A program made the position numbers and the translations under genes. A stretch of 64,000 nucleotides of DNA from Amphiscolops sp. MND2022 (taxonomy: Eukaryota), in NCBI GenBank assembly GCA_964187785.1, contig OZ076410.1:62744001-62808000 (forward strand), read 5' to 3'. How positions within the stretch are numbered: the first letter of the stretch is position 1; every line of letters starts with the position of its first letter. Below the pieces are notes generated by a model that did not search any database, was not told the origin of the DNA, and saw only the letters and a list, made by a program, of their open reading frames with translations. This document shows, one piece after another, positions 23,219-36,000 of the stretch.

Positions 23219-23890
23219 TTATGGTATCGTCTCAATGATCTTTTCTCGATGCACAAAGTCATTAGTTCTTTTACTATGGCCGTCAACGTTTCTATGCTGT
23301 GTGCGGTGTTGGTGGACTGTCTTGAAGTGGTATTGGTTGAGACGCGTGATCCCACGTGAAATCATGGCTTGGTCCACGGAGTAGGTTTTTAGCCATGAAA
23401 GAGCCTGGTTATCCAGGCGGAGCGTGATTTTTGGCCTGCCAGGTACGAATGGATATTCGCAATGAAGTGCAACACTGCGTACATTTCCAGTTTGGGGCGT
23501 CATTATTTAGTTGCGATCGAGTTACTGACTCGCTACTATAAACGATGTGTGGGTCGCAAGATGGTCTTTCCGTTGTGTTCTTGTTCTTTGCACTTTTTTA
23601 CCCTTACAATATGATCTTCAATCGCTTCCGCAGCGATGACGATGTCGTCACTGTAGGCCATGACGACACTCCTGTGTCGCTGCTTGATTTTTTTGTAAGG
23701 CTCTGGTGATGGATCGCTGGAAAGTTGCGGATGCGTTGCAAAGCCCGAAGGGCATGCGTCTCCATTCGAATACACCTAACTCGCAGGCAAATGCCGTCTT
23801 TCTTCTGTAGCATTTTTTCAATAGTATTTGCCAAAAGGCCCATGCTAAGTCAATGCTCGTGAAGCGTGAAGATTTTTGCATTGCCAATTC
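23219..23890 (-). pseudogene. Gypsy reverse transcriptase and RNase H fragments
   Basis: FTSIDLAWAFWQI, KTAF, FEWRRMPFGLCNASATFQR, AYSDDIVIA (YxDD at ~23645). RNase H tail LRLDNQALSWLKTY...HRNVDGHSKR. The RT thumb/connection region is deleted. Confidence 0.9.
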
Positions 23891-24836
23891 TCTGGAGACT
23901 TAATCTATTCTGGGCAATGGAAATGCGTCTTCTACCCTTACATCGTTTCGCGGCCGGAAGTCACAACAAAAGCGAACTTCGCCAGATTTCTTTTTCACCA
24001 TCACTATTCCACTGGCCTACAGCGAGTAGGAAGGTTGTGTCACACCTAGCAGGTTCTGTACTTCTTGGTTCGCCTTGGCCGCCTTGTCTGGAGACATGCT
24101 CCTTGCTCCTTCTCCATGAGGGATAACCTCTGGCTATAGTTCGATCTCCCAATAACGGCTTTATGTTTCATAAATAACTCATGGTACTCTCTTAAGCCGC
24201 TGGCTAGTTGGTCCCTCGCCTCTTCCCGCAGAAGAAAAGGACGGAAGAGAGGTCGGGGCCAGGAATTGCTTTTAGCAATTGAGGATCTGTTCTTGCCCGT
24301 TTGTCCTTTTCTGATGGGCCTCTCAGTGGAAGACAATAACTTTTGAGAGAACGAATTAAACTCAGCGCTGGTGTCATTCAAGTCAACAGTATAAATACGG
24401 TTAGTTTGTTCAAAGGGATTTTCCGAGGCTTCACCTCGTCGTTCAACGAAAATGGGTTCGAACGCAAAAGATGTTAGTTCAGTATACCGCTGACAGTTTT
24501 GTTCCTGTCAGTAGCAGTCGTATTCCTTAGGGAGAGGAAGTCTGTATCATCGTCTCAAACGGACGTCAATATGTCTTTTGAAACAAATGGACATTTTGTC
24601 TGCACCTCACATGGGCGTATCATCACGTTACGAAAACGGTATTCATTGGCTTGCTGGGGTATTACTTGGGCCCGTACTAATTTGCCTTCGAACGAACCTG
24701 GCGAAATTCGTTCAGTAGATACTACAAAGGATGGGTCTTAGTTACTAACCTCGTTCAAGGGCTCAAACTGTCGAGGAGCCTTGGGGTTCCTGATTGTTAC
24801 CCCCATGGCCGGTAGGTACAGCAAAACATTGTAGGT

Positions 24837-25090
24837 TTACAAAAAGTTGAGGACAATTAAGAAATCTTCTGCACCCAAGTGGTCGGCAATAACAAAAAAG
24901 TTAGGTTTTAGCGTGTGGCCCCCCAGTTGGAAGCTGACGTCTTCAGCAATACCGATGGTGTGGACGCTGTTGCCATTGGCGGCATAACGCTGGATGTCAT
25001 ATGGGAGGAGGCTGAGGGCATGAAAGGAGGCAATACTCTGATACGCACTTAGGGACAAAATGGAGACTACTGAGCCAGTGTCAATCTACC
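24837..25090 (-). pseudogene. Retroviral-type aspartic protease fragment
   Basis: IDTGSVVSILSLSAY...AANGNSVHTIG...DFLI on the minus strand. Confidence 0.8.
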
Positions 25091-25718
25091 CCTACAACGG
25101 AATGGGTGCCAAAAGCAACTACCAAGGAAGCCCTTTCATCAAAGCGAGGTTTCCCTTGTGCGTCCTGCACGCCAATGTTGTGAAATAGCAGTTCTTGAAA
25201 TCTTTCTATTCTTGGCGGCCCAGATAGAATCCTTGCAGGAAGTGTCCTTCTAGGACTTCCATGTCACCATGGACATCACCATGGACACACCATCGACATT
25301 GATAGCAATCTGTACGGGACCAATTGTCTTCACTTTTTGGATTGGTGCCAATTTCGTTTCGTCGTCTCTAGTGAAGTGTGGATGTGGCCTGGAGGCTAAT
25401 TTATATCTATTGTTTCTACACAACTCTTCCTTCAATTGGGTTAGAGTTAGTTCTGGGCGCGACTTCTGTTCTGCTGATAGCAGCCAGTGGATGGAAATTA
25501 AAGTTTCCGTGCAATCAGGAGCTGGTGATTCTAATGTCGTGAGACCTTTTTTTTCACCACAGGTGACTATGACCGAGCGCGATAGTCCTCCGGCATCGGC
25601 TACCGAAATTACCTTTACTTGATCATCCGACTTTACACCGTCAAATCGAGAGTGGAACGGGGCGTGACACGCGGCTCTTATCTGGTCCTCATGCTGCACA
25701 TTCTCAGGCGCCATGCTT

Positions 25719-27124
25719 TTAGATGCAGAATGCCCTGTACGACCACAGTTGACACAAAAAGTTGTAGTTCCTTGCACCAGCAATATCGCTGAGGAAATCC
25801 TCGTGATTGACACCATGTAGTATTGAAGGACATATCCATCCTGCAGAAGGGTTAGTATTGCGAGAATTCTTTTGCTGCTGCACGGGATTTCGCGTGCGGT
25901 CTTTCTGCGGACAACCTATGACAAAGTGTGAAGGGGCTCCGCAATTGAAACATGCTCTCTGTGGTTGGGTTCTGTAAGCCACATGCTGTTGAGGCGGTTG
26001 CGGAGCATTAGGCGCTGGCGGGGGCGCGGCCGTTACTTGATTTTGTTGGTTGGCTGGTGCTGAAGCGGTGTAGGGTAATTTTCCGAAAGGGAAGAGCCAC
26101 GCAAGCGTAGGCATTGCTGAACATTGAAGCGAAGCGCTTCTGTTGTTGGCAGTGCTTCAACGTATTGTTCCTGTCCAAACATTAACGCGAAGTTCCGTTT
26201 CAACTCCTTGTTTCTCACTCCTTCAATGAACTTCTGCATGATTTCGTAACGTCTCCCGCTACCTTCTCGTTCGGATACCCTGGCTGGGTAAGACCTCGAG
26301 GGCATCGATGTATTGCATGTAATCCTCGTCACCATTCTGGTTGCCTGTATGGAACTGCTGTTGAATGTGGATTTTACTTGATCCTGTGCCGAATATTCCT
26401 GCGAGTAATACGAACTTTTTTCATCAGTGTCATTTCAGCCTCTGACTTGTTGGTGATGTAATAGCTCGCTTCCTTCTTTAAAAACTCGATTATCGTCCAA
26501 GCTTTATCGAGAGGAGTTGCTTTGACGTGTGCGTTCTCTAGGTGCCTCTTCATAAACATCATCCAACCGTCGGCAGTCCCGACGCGGGTACCTCTATACA
26601 TTGTCGGCTTGTCTTTTGTCCGCTAGTAGCGGTTGTAGACCTTTGGACAGTGCTGTTGAAATTGCTTCTGCTAATGTTTGTCGTTGCACTGTTCTAGGTG
26701 TGCCTGTAATGTCGTCTTTGGCTTCCACCTTGGCTTCTGTGTCGCCTTGACTCAATGCTAAGTTTCTTTTCGCATTGACTTTTCGCTGAGTGATAGAGGC
26801 CACTGGCCGCGGGGGATTTTCTCTGAAGAACGATATTGGTGGATTGGTTTTTGCAGTAGTCGATAACGCAGTGTGACAGTCTGATTTTCTTGTGATCAGA
26901 CCGCTCGCTGCGGAGTAGTAAACTCCTGTTGTTGAGGCACTGCGGGCAAGTGGGTCGAATGACAAAAAGTCTGTCATAGTGTCAGTTCCCGCGTCGGCTT
27001 GCATCACTCGCGCCGTCTTGTTTGCCTTGGTAGGCTCCCTTTTGTGAGTGGCGGGAGGTATCAGTTTGGGCAGCTTGGCTTGATCTCCATTAGGCTGATC
27101 TACTTTTCTATACGTGGCCTTCAC
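25719..27124 (-). pseudogene. Gypsy gag fragments with CCHC zinc knuckle
   Basis: RACFNCGAPSHFVIGCPQ (CX2CX4HX4C) at ~25908-25957, a second degenerate CVNCGRTGH, and capsid-like IMQKFIEGVRNKELKR and DGWMMFMKRHLE segments. Confidence 0.8.
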
Positions 27125-29729
27125 TGTGGGAGGTGCTGATAGAGGGCATGCTCGCTGAATTTTGTGCTACCGGTTATGGTGAAAGGCGCGCCTGCGCTGC
27201 AGCGGTATGAGCTTCTATCGCTCTGATACCTCAGGTCAAGTCTTGCATGGTTGTCATCAGCTCCACCATACGGATGTTGGCATCAGAATCCCGACGTGGC
27301 ATGAGTTCTGACATGTGTTTCAGGCGTTCGTCAGCTTGACGATCTCTTTCCTTCAAGATGGCTAATATTTCAAATATACGCGCATCGGCTACATTTTCAC
27401 GTTGTCTAACCAGATCCTTGATTGCGGCTGAAGACTATTCTAGCCTCTCTTGACTCGTACGTCCTACAGCTTGTTTGTTTATGAGTCCTCTGCGCATTTC
27501 ATCAATGTCCCTCATGATCACACGTCAGCGCGCAGGGCATGCTCATTGTTCTCTACAGCGAGCCGCGATTACACCTGGGTGAGCTTGGCTACGATGTGCC
27601 TAAAATCCTCACTTATGGCGTTTGACTCTTTTATACTTTTAGTGATAGTCGAAACCGGAGCGGTCGCGCTACTAAATCTAGAACCCGGGGTATGGTCTAT
27701 TCGTTCTGTGTCAGCTAGGCGGGCACTAGGGCCTGCTATTGATGGCGTTCGAAAAGTGAACTTTAGTGGATTGTCTTCCACAGGGTTTTTCTGTTAGTCT
27801 GCTGATTTATATTGGGGGTTAGCTTGTGTTTTTCGTGCAGTAAATCCGCGCGAAAACGGGTTTTTATTGTCACTGCTAGTTGATGCATGGGAACCCGATG
27901 GGTCCTTTTGCGTTGTTGCTTTTGGGGGTGCTGCCTCTGGCGTTGCGCTTGTGCTAGTTTGCTGTATCCACTCAGTAGTGGTACGGTGTTCGTTCGTCAA
28001 CCTATTGTTGGAGTTCGGACAACCATCAAGGCTTAAGTCAGTGACCATGAGGAGAGGCCAGGCGTTGCTTTGACACGTTTCCTCAGCGCCATCCACTGGA
28101 TTGCTGTCGTCGGGGGAAGCTTGCGAGGACTCGGCCTGAGACTATTTCTGAGACTATTTCTGCGTTTCGATCGGAGTTGGAGTGTTGTCTGACTTAAATT
28201 CTAAAAGTACATTCGCAATCATAGCATCCGTTGTATCACCAGTATGAGCGTTCAAATGGGAAACTGTTTCTAAATTCTTGCGAATGGATTGGTGGCATGA
28301 AGGCCACTGGGCTCCATAGACGGCTCATTTATGGGTTGTAGGTATTTGGACTGGAAATGAAAGGCGGGGACAATTAATTTCTTTGTTCTTGTCAGTCCTG
28401 AAGCTCAAACGAATGGTGGTTGGAAATTCAAACTTGTAGCCCACATTGGCTTTCAAATTTCTGGATGGAAAATGATTGATTTCTTGGCTACTATTTGCAG
28501 TCTTACGACGAGCTAGGGGGAGACTAAGGACTACTAAGATGAACAAAAGATTTCGATACTTACTGGTCAACAATTTTTTAAAAAATATTTTCCGAAGGGG
28601 TAACTAAGCTACTCTAAACACTAAACTACTTTGTACGCAACCGCAGGCAATGCGATAGAAATGAATTAAAAGTTTTTGCGCTTAAATCAAGTCTTGGGGT
28701 GGTTGTTTTAGTAACTACAACGTTGGGCGCCTCAGGCGTGTCTTTCTGTATTCGTGTGATGAGCGCGAGCTTGGAACGATAGGTTATATTGGCTCTAGGA
28801 TAGACCTTGGGAAAAGGAGTGGAGGCGGAGACTATGTTTTGGATGGTTTTCTCTGGTATTGTAGCGAGACGCTTGGAAAATTTTTTCAGTTTAATAAAAG
28901 TTACTGCTGAGCTTGTCCTTGCATTTCGACACGTACTGCGTGCTAAGCTTCCGGGGTTGTGGGGGTTACAAAGTACAAACTTACGGGCGTGAAAGGAGAC
29001 AGGCATTGAGTGTGTACATTTGCAATTTAGGTTGCGCACCTAGAAGATTCTTATGAGGCAGAATTGGGAAATAAGTGGTTCCCAAATTTCTCTCTGGTAT
29101 GACTCGTAAACGGTTTTCTCAGAGACCGAAGGTCTTAGGCTCGATATGGCGCTACTAAACGCTTCTCACCTGGAAATGCTACCGATAAGTGGTGTAGTAT
29201 TAGGGTCGTTTGAGCCTTTTCCTGCGAATACACTTGTACAAAATGAGCGATTTTTTTCAATATGGACGTCTGGGGAAAGCGAAAATTAATTCTAGCGCTG
29301 CCAGCGACCTGAAATTTTCACACTATATACTACACTATCCAAATCGTGGGGAATTGCGCTAAAATTGAATCTATGTAGAATGCGGTCACTTAACAAAGTA
29401 TTTAAGAAAATTGACTAAGTTGTGGAATTCGCAAAAATTTGTCAAACTCGCCTCCTAGGCGTCCCAGCTACCTGAAATTTTATATGCGAGCGTAAATTAC
29501 GCCTACATAACAGAAAAACATATAGCGAGGTTCTCCGGGCAATATTAAGCAATCCGAGTTGACAAGACTATGATGCACCTTTGGTACCACTTTTGTCAAG
29601 TCAATTTTTCGAGTTGGGTAATAGCAAGCTGCACAAAATGCACAAATCGTCGGGATCTAATCTAAAATTTTAGTCCTGGGATTTTTATTTTGAAAAGTGT
29701 TGGGATTTTTTAATTCTTTGAAAATTTTA

Positions 29730-30000
29730 AAATCACAACGCGTTTGTATTCCATTGAAAATGTTCGAAATCACAACGCGTTGTTTTTTCATTGACAAAAT
29801 GCGAAATAACAGTTCGTTGTTTTGTCATTGAAATTATTCGAAATCATACTGTTTTGAGGATACTCGAAGCACACTGCGTAGTTATTTCATTGACAAAACA
29901 CGAAACCACTTCACATTGTTCTTTCAGTGAGAATAATTGTACCACATCACCTTGTTTTTCCATTGAGAACACTCGAAATCATACCTCGTTGCTTTTGTGA
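29730..30000 (+). repeat. Minisatellite, ~36-bp unit (cgaaatcacaacgcgttgttttttcattgacaaaa-like); resumes at ~31165-31290
   Basis: About 7 diverged units here and about 4 more at 31165-31290, separated by ~1.15 kb of unrelated sequence. Confidence 0.8.
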
Positions 30001-31770
30001 AATGTTTGCAGTGTTATTAAGTTATTTTGTGGCAACGTTTGATAGTACTGTTGAGTTCGGCTGTAATAAATTTGCGGATGTTGATTTCATTACCTCAAAG
30101 CCTCATTGTTTAATGAAACATGTCCCGTATTAAGATCCTATGTTTTCCAAGGCATGGCCATCGATGGGCCAGGCATGGTCCATCCTAGGGTTAAATCAGA
30201 GGTCTATCATTGGCTTCATGTTGATTGTGCATATAGCCTTGAGACTTTTGTATAGTTTCAAAACCATCTTCACATGAGTAGGTTTGGAAAAAATAAAGAG
30301 TCTCAGCTTTATTATACTGGGAGGGGGGTTTGTTCAAGACTGGGGTTCACCTTTGAAAAAGGATGATGAGCGACGGGAGCAATTTTTTTTGTTCTAGATT
30401 TAAACGTTGGTCTTTAGTCGTTATTCCCGCTTGTTTTTGGACGTTGTTCCCGTTTTGCATTTAGACGATAGTTCTTAGACGTTTTTCCCGCTGCCGATAG
30501 GAAAGATCTGCTGAATACCGTATTTCGTCGATTGAAAGTCGCCCAGGATTATAGGCCGACCTCGATTTGAATCTCGGTTAAGTGTGAAAATTTCCTCTTG
30601 AAAACCATGGCTCACCATATTTCTGCAAATGTTTGTCGGAAAATCACTACGGAAAAGATCTTAAAAGTTCAGGTCTGTATTCGAAGAAATGCGGTGTACG
30701 TCTAGTCAATTGACTTGGCTTTCACTCCCCTGTTTTGTTTAATTATGATTTGATCAAATAAACATTTATGGGAGCAGAAATCAACAATTGGACCATGTGT
30801 CCTGTTACCCCTCCCAAGCCGCCGCGGGAAAAATAAGACACAAGCTTGAAAGTATGTCGACATCGTTTGCGTTCAAATTTTGGTCCAATGAAACAATTGG
30901 TGTCGACATAAGCTTATCTTTTACATTGATTGCCAATTAAATGTTGCTCATTAGATTTTATCGTTGACAAAAGTTCCGTTGCAATAGGAAGGATTTTACA
31001 CGATTTTGACTTTTTACACGATTTTAACTTCTTCCAAGTGTGAATTTTTGCAGTTTTGGATAATAATATCAAACACCAAGGGTCATATTTTCTGGAAGTG
31101 TCTAACTAGTTCTGAAGACAAATATCTAAATTTCAGCATTCATAAAAGATTCTTTGTGAAAGACACATCACATTGTTTTTTCATTGAAATAACTCGAAAT
31201 CTCACTGCGTTGTTTTTTCATTGAGAATCCTCAGAATCACATCGCGTTGTTTTTTCATTGGAAACACTCGAAATCACCCCGGGTTGTTTTGGAGCTGAGT
31301 GTATCTTAAGTGCTTCCCACATGTAGGCTGAAAACCAAACAACTCTCAACTTTGTTCTTCTTGAAACCCTGCAGAGGCCACATTCTCGTCGTGGGTCTCA
31401 TTATGGGTAACACTATGAGATCCCCGAACCGAGAGGCACTATAAAAATACATTATGCTGGGAAAAAGTGACCAATTGTTGTGAAATTTGCATCACAGCTA
31501 TCACTCTTGCCCGACATTACTGGTAAATACTTGATTGTTCTCAGTGACATTTCAAAACTTCAGTATCCTTTATTTTGTCTTTGATTTGTGATAAATGCTT
31601 TAAAATGTCAAAAGAAGTGATAACTACTTCGGAAAAAAAATGTTCCTTGAAGTTGCAAAATTCATATAATGGTGTTCAATTTGCTTCCTTTTGCCCACTA
31701 ATGTGATTTTGGACTGATTTTTCTATTCCAAAAACCTAAAGGGCGACGACATTTTAAAACGACAATTAAA

Positions 31771-31970
31771 NNNNNNNNNNNNNNNNNNNNNNNNNNNNNN
31801 NNNNNNNNNNNNNNNNNNNNNNNNNNNNNNNNNNNNNNNNNNNNNNNNNNNNNNNNNNNNNNNNNNNNNNNNNNNNNNNNNNNNNNNNNNNNNNNNNNNN
31901 NNNNNNNNNNNNNNNNNNNNNNNNNNNNNNNNNNNNNNNNNNNNNNNNNNNNNNNNNNNNNNNNNNNNNN
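31771..31970. other. Assembly gap (200 N)
   Basis: Run of N. Confidence 1.
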
Positions 31971-32236
31971 AAAAATAAAAACTACCAAAAAGTGTAAATT
32001 AGTCAAAGTTTGACTAGTTTGTGCAAATTTAAAAATTAATTCAAACACATGAATTTCTATTGAATAGCTGCTCGACGTTCAATTACTTTGCATAAATTAC
32101 ACAGGCATTAAACTCAGCTTTGACTGGATTACGCGATTAGTTAGTTAACGCATACATACAAAAACGCACACATACATACAGTAATTTTTACATTGGATAA
32201 CACATGCAAGCGAATTTTAGTCATTCGATTTAACAA

Positions 32237-32906
32237 CAGTACTGTGATTAAGAAATCGTCCCCCTATGCGATGAGCGTCGTCATCAACCAATAACAATTG
32301 CTTATTTGCTCTCACTTTCAGTTCTGATCGGCGCATCAAGTGAAATCTCATGCGCAGAAAGAACACTTCTGCTATTTTCCCAGTTTTAGGAAAGTTTTTG
32401 AATAATTTTTGAGAAATTTTAAAATCATCATATTGTGGAGATTGTATAGAATTCAACGATACATTTTTTGTTTCAATAACCTTCCAAATGAAAAAAAATC
32501 GCAGTTTTTTGCCGCGAAACGTCCATTCTCTATCTTAATACATGGAAATCGATGAAATCTTACCTTTCGAGCGTGATATTCCAAAAACGTTTGATAATTT
32601 TTGAAATCAAAAAATATCCATAGATTCAGTAGTTTAGTGCGAGTTTTTTTGAGCATAAAACTGGTCAGAAAACCTGTGGATAACCCGGTTAAAAATTGGA
32701 AAAACGGAAAAAAGTCTCCAATTTGCTCAAAATTAGCTATATGTAACTTTCTCAATTCTTGTTCGAAAGAAATATAAAAACACTAATATAAACTAGATAA
32801 AAATCTAAGAAACATTTATTTCTGATGTTTTTCAAAATTCTTAACAGATTTCGAGAAAATTGAGCCTGAAATTGCCCCGGGCGACGTTTTCTTAATCACA
32901 GTACTG
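32237..32906. mobile_element. Tc1/mariner-like MITE (670 bp)
   Basis: TIR CAGTACTGTGATTAAGAAA (19 bp exact, extending imperfectly to ~28 bp) at 32237 and inverted ending at 32906. The right end is followed by TA; the left flank reads AA. Confidence 0.75.
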
Positions 32907-33693
32907 TATTTATGCCAAAGTAAAATATAATGATTTGAACTAAATGCTTACTGATTATGACAGTAAGCAAAATTTTCAACCTTAACTTATATTTTGAACT
33001 TTTTGCTTGCTGATCATGACAACGGCAGTAAGCAAAATTTTTGAATATAAACTTTATGATTTGAAGTCTTGTGGTTGAATTCGAATCACTTAGAATTCAA
33101 TACTAATCATTATTAAATGTTGATGTTTCTTTACGTTAACTGAAACAGTAACGCATTGGAGTGACACATGATATCTGAGAACTTTTGAAGCGGCTGATTA
33201 CAAGAATTTATCTGCTTGAAAGTAGTCGACAATGAAAACTGATTATAGATTCCAACTTTTAATTAAAGGTACGATGATTTAATAAACTGAAGAATATCTG
33301 TTCACGCTGACCAGTTTACCTAAAGTACTTGCGTAGAAAACAAAGAAATGAATAACCTTAGCTATGAGACTGGTTATATAAAGACTGGTTATGAATAGGA
33401 AAAACGAAGGAAAATGTTAAGAGTCCTTCTTTTTTCGGCAAGATAGTTCAGTATCAAAGTAAGATTAATGAAGCAGAAGCGGAAACAGTTTGAGTGACTA
33501 GAAAACACGCGTGAATATTTTGTCTTCATTCACTTGTGCCGAGGAAGAATAAGAGGTCATGACGACCATTGCATTTCTGTATCGCCTTTATTAGTTCAAT
33601 AAAGAACAAGTGTATGTATGTAAGTATGTATATTGCAACAAGTTGTAATAACGTATGAGGTGACTTGTTACCGAAAAAAACAATTATAACTTA

Positions 33694-34659
33694 CCGGGGT
33701 CGACCATGGGAGGCCTCCATGGATATCGTAGTAAGATCTTGGCAAGATCTTGCCAAGATCTTGGAAAAATCTTAGCTAAGATCTTGCCAAGATATTGCCA
33801 AGAAATGCATGATGTCATGGTAAAATCTTATCAAGAGAACCATGTTTCCAAGAAAACTTTTATTGTAAAATCCTATTTGTCAAGAAAAAATCTGAAAGGA
33901 AGTCAACAAAAATCATCATTTCTGCAGATTTATATTGTTAGACATTAAAACTTCGGTTGACAATGAATAAAATTTGATTGGAGAGATATTTATTTAGGAA
34001 GACGCTGGTTAAATTGTTCTCTTAATTGCAAAACTGTCGCTAACAACAGCGTCAGAAAAGCCTCGAGCTGAATCATAACCCAAATTAGTGCAATGACCGC
34101 CTTTTCGAGCAGTAATAAGGCTGCTGAAACAGACTCAGAGAAAGCTGGAAATATGATTTTCACAAAAATTTCCGGATTTTGAGGTCTTTCCTTTGTAACT
34201 TTCCGATAGTGGGTCTGGACGTTTTAGAGCGTATTTCTCCATCTCCGGAATTGACAGGAGTGATAAATTACAAGTTTTGGAAAGCCCTTGAAAAGACGTT
34301 TCATTTGGTACATTCTCAGTCCTAAACAGGTGAGGAGTTATTAGGATTCTTGTCAGAATTTCGGAAGCCAGAATACGTTATCGTAATTTTTCGCGCAATT
34401 TTGCATGCAAAATTTTTCGGCAGGTTGAAGCATTTTGATTATGATAACGAGTAGAAAAAGTCGTTGTTGGGTGGAATGAGCCTTTAGATTGAGTCTCGGC
34501 TGCTTGTACCGAAGGTATAGCGTTTTTTTATAATCTTTAAATTTTCTCCATCGTGATAAGATACGATCTTGGAATAATGATACTTCTTAGTAAGATCTTA
34601 GTAAAAGTCTTGCCATGGAATCCATGTTTACCAAGATGTAGTAAGAGGGTCAACACGGG
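33694..34659. mobile_element. Older non-autonomous CMC/EnSpm-like element with 11-bp subterminal repeats
   Basis: Imperfect TIRs (CCGGGGTCGACC vs rc CCCGTGTTGACC, 9/12). AAGATCTTGGC/AAGATCTTGCC subterminal repeats at both ends, as in 54196-55036. Flanks TA/CA. Confidence 0.5.
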
Positions 34660-34856
34660 CATCTTAATAAGCTCCAATTACCGAACAAAGACAATTAAGC
34701 GAAAATACTAAAGAGTCTAAACAGTAGATTAGCATCGTTTGCAGATGATACATCCATATAAAATTCGGTGAGAAAACAAAAGAACTATCTCAATGTTACC
34801 AAAAATACCGAAACATAAAAAAAATACACAACAGTTTGTATATAACAATAAAAATG

Positions 34857-35120
34857 AACAAGCCGGGAACGGCCCAAGTCGGCGCCATATCTAAGGCTCA
34901 ATAAGACTCGAAAACCACTTTCTCTACAACTGGAGACAACAAAAGCTCTCAAAAAAGTAAAAATTGAGAAAATTTTTTTTTCGAAAATTTTTTGAAGTCT
35001 CCGGTAAGTCGCATAGTACCGAAAAATGTGGAAGGGGGGACCCTTTGGGATTTTTTGAACATCCATTCTGTTGCAAAATATCAAAAAATTGAATGATGGG
35101 GGACCCTTTGAGAAACAAAA
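34857..35120 (+). mobile_element. 5' part of a HINE/DINE-1-like element
   Basis: Starts AACAAGCCGGGAACGGCCCAAGTCGGCGCCATATCTAAGGCTC and contains the AAGGGGGACCCTTTGGG core; 3' end missing. Confidence 0.7.
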
Positions 35121-35449
35121 ACAGGGGAAAACTGCCAATTGAAAGAGGTTTAATTACTCACTAGCAATGTAATCAAACGTTTGATACAGTTTAATTCTTT
35201 GGGTTTCTACTCTCAAAGTGAGTTTCCCATCAAATGTGTAACAAGTGTCAGAATGTATCAAATTAATTCAAGGATATTTTACACCGACTAATGTGAATAT
35301 TTTGTCGTTTGGCACCTTTGAACCCAAGTATTTCCACAATTGTTATCTTTTCTGATAAACATCACTCGGCGAATTCTAATTTTTTCAAGAAATGCAATTC
35401 AAAATTTTTAGGTGTCCTTTTAGAATCCTTTGAATATTCATCCAAAAAA

Positions 35450-36000
35450 ATCACAAGGAAAGTCGGCCAATGCGGAACACAGTAACATTTATGCTTTAGG
35501 ATACGATAAAGATCAACTTCAAAGTTTGATAATAAAAGATATCAGAAATATCTACGGTCCAGTAATAAAATGATGGTAATTAGGTTTGAATGAGTTTCCC
35601 AATCTCTCGAAAAACTGTCACATTTTCCAAAATATGACAGACGCAAAAAAATCTTAGTCTAGTTTACAATCCTCTAATTTCGGACGTCTTGAAACTAGTA
35701 CGGGACAAGTTTCCAAACAATATTTTGTACATGTAAGACTGGAAATTCAGTTGCAGAGCCTAAATTAAGAGCAGAAGCATCTACTTTTTAAAATGCTCAA
35801 CGTCCCCAACATTGACTAATTACACACGGAAATTTTTTGCTCCCTAAGGTGCACATGTTAGAAGATAATCTCAAATCCAATGTTTTGAATCTATATCCAA
35901 TTTTGATACATGTACCGGAATTACTTCAGTGAAGATTGTCGATTTTCGGACGTGTCAATACTAAGTGCCTCAAAGTTTGACAAAGCAATCAGTCGGATAG
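35450..36000 (-). pseudogene. Possible highly decayed C-terminus of a CR1/L2-type LINE ORF2
   Basis: Scattered minus-strand peptides RPKLEDC (cf. VRPKLEYC), ILENV and RRYFSD (cf. RRxRxDL). Weak. Confidence 0.3.

Larger units (their letters stand above)
18947..28250 (-). mobile_element. Degenerate Ty3/Gypsy LTR retrotransposon (gag-PR-RT-RH-IN plus 3' accessory ORFs), internally deleted
   Basis: Minus-strand domain order is gag knuckle, DTG protease, RT, RNase H, integrase. A PPT-like GGAAGGGT followed by TGTCGCTACA lies at 18964-18947. No matching LTR pair found; the right boundary is approximate. Confidence 0.9.

Noticed and set aside
28860-28869. tgtagcgaga as partner LTR end of tgtagcgaca at 18947
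   Set aside because: Only 8 nt are shared, there is no extended LTR similarity, and no TGG-starting PBS is adjacent.
31698-32048. ORFs spanning N runs (also 60076-60428)
   Set aside because: Artefacts of reading through assembly gaps.
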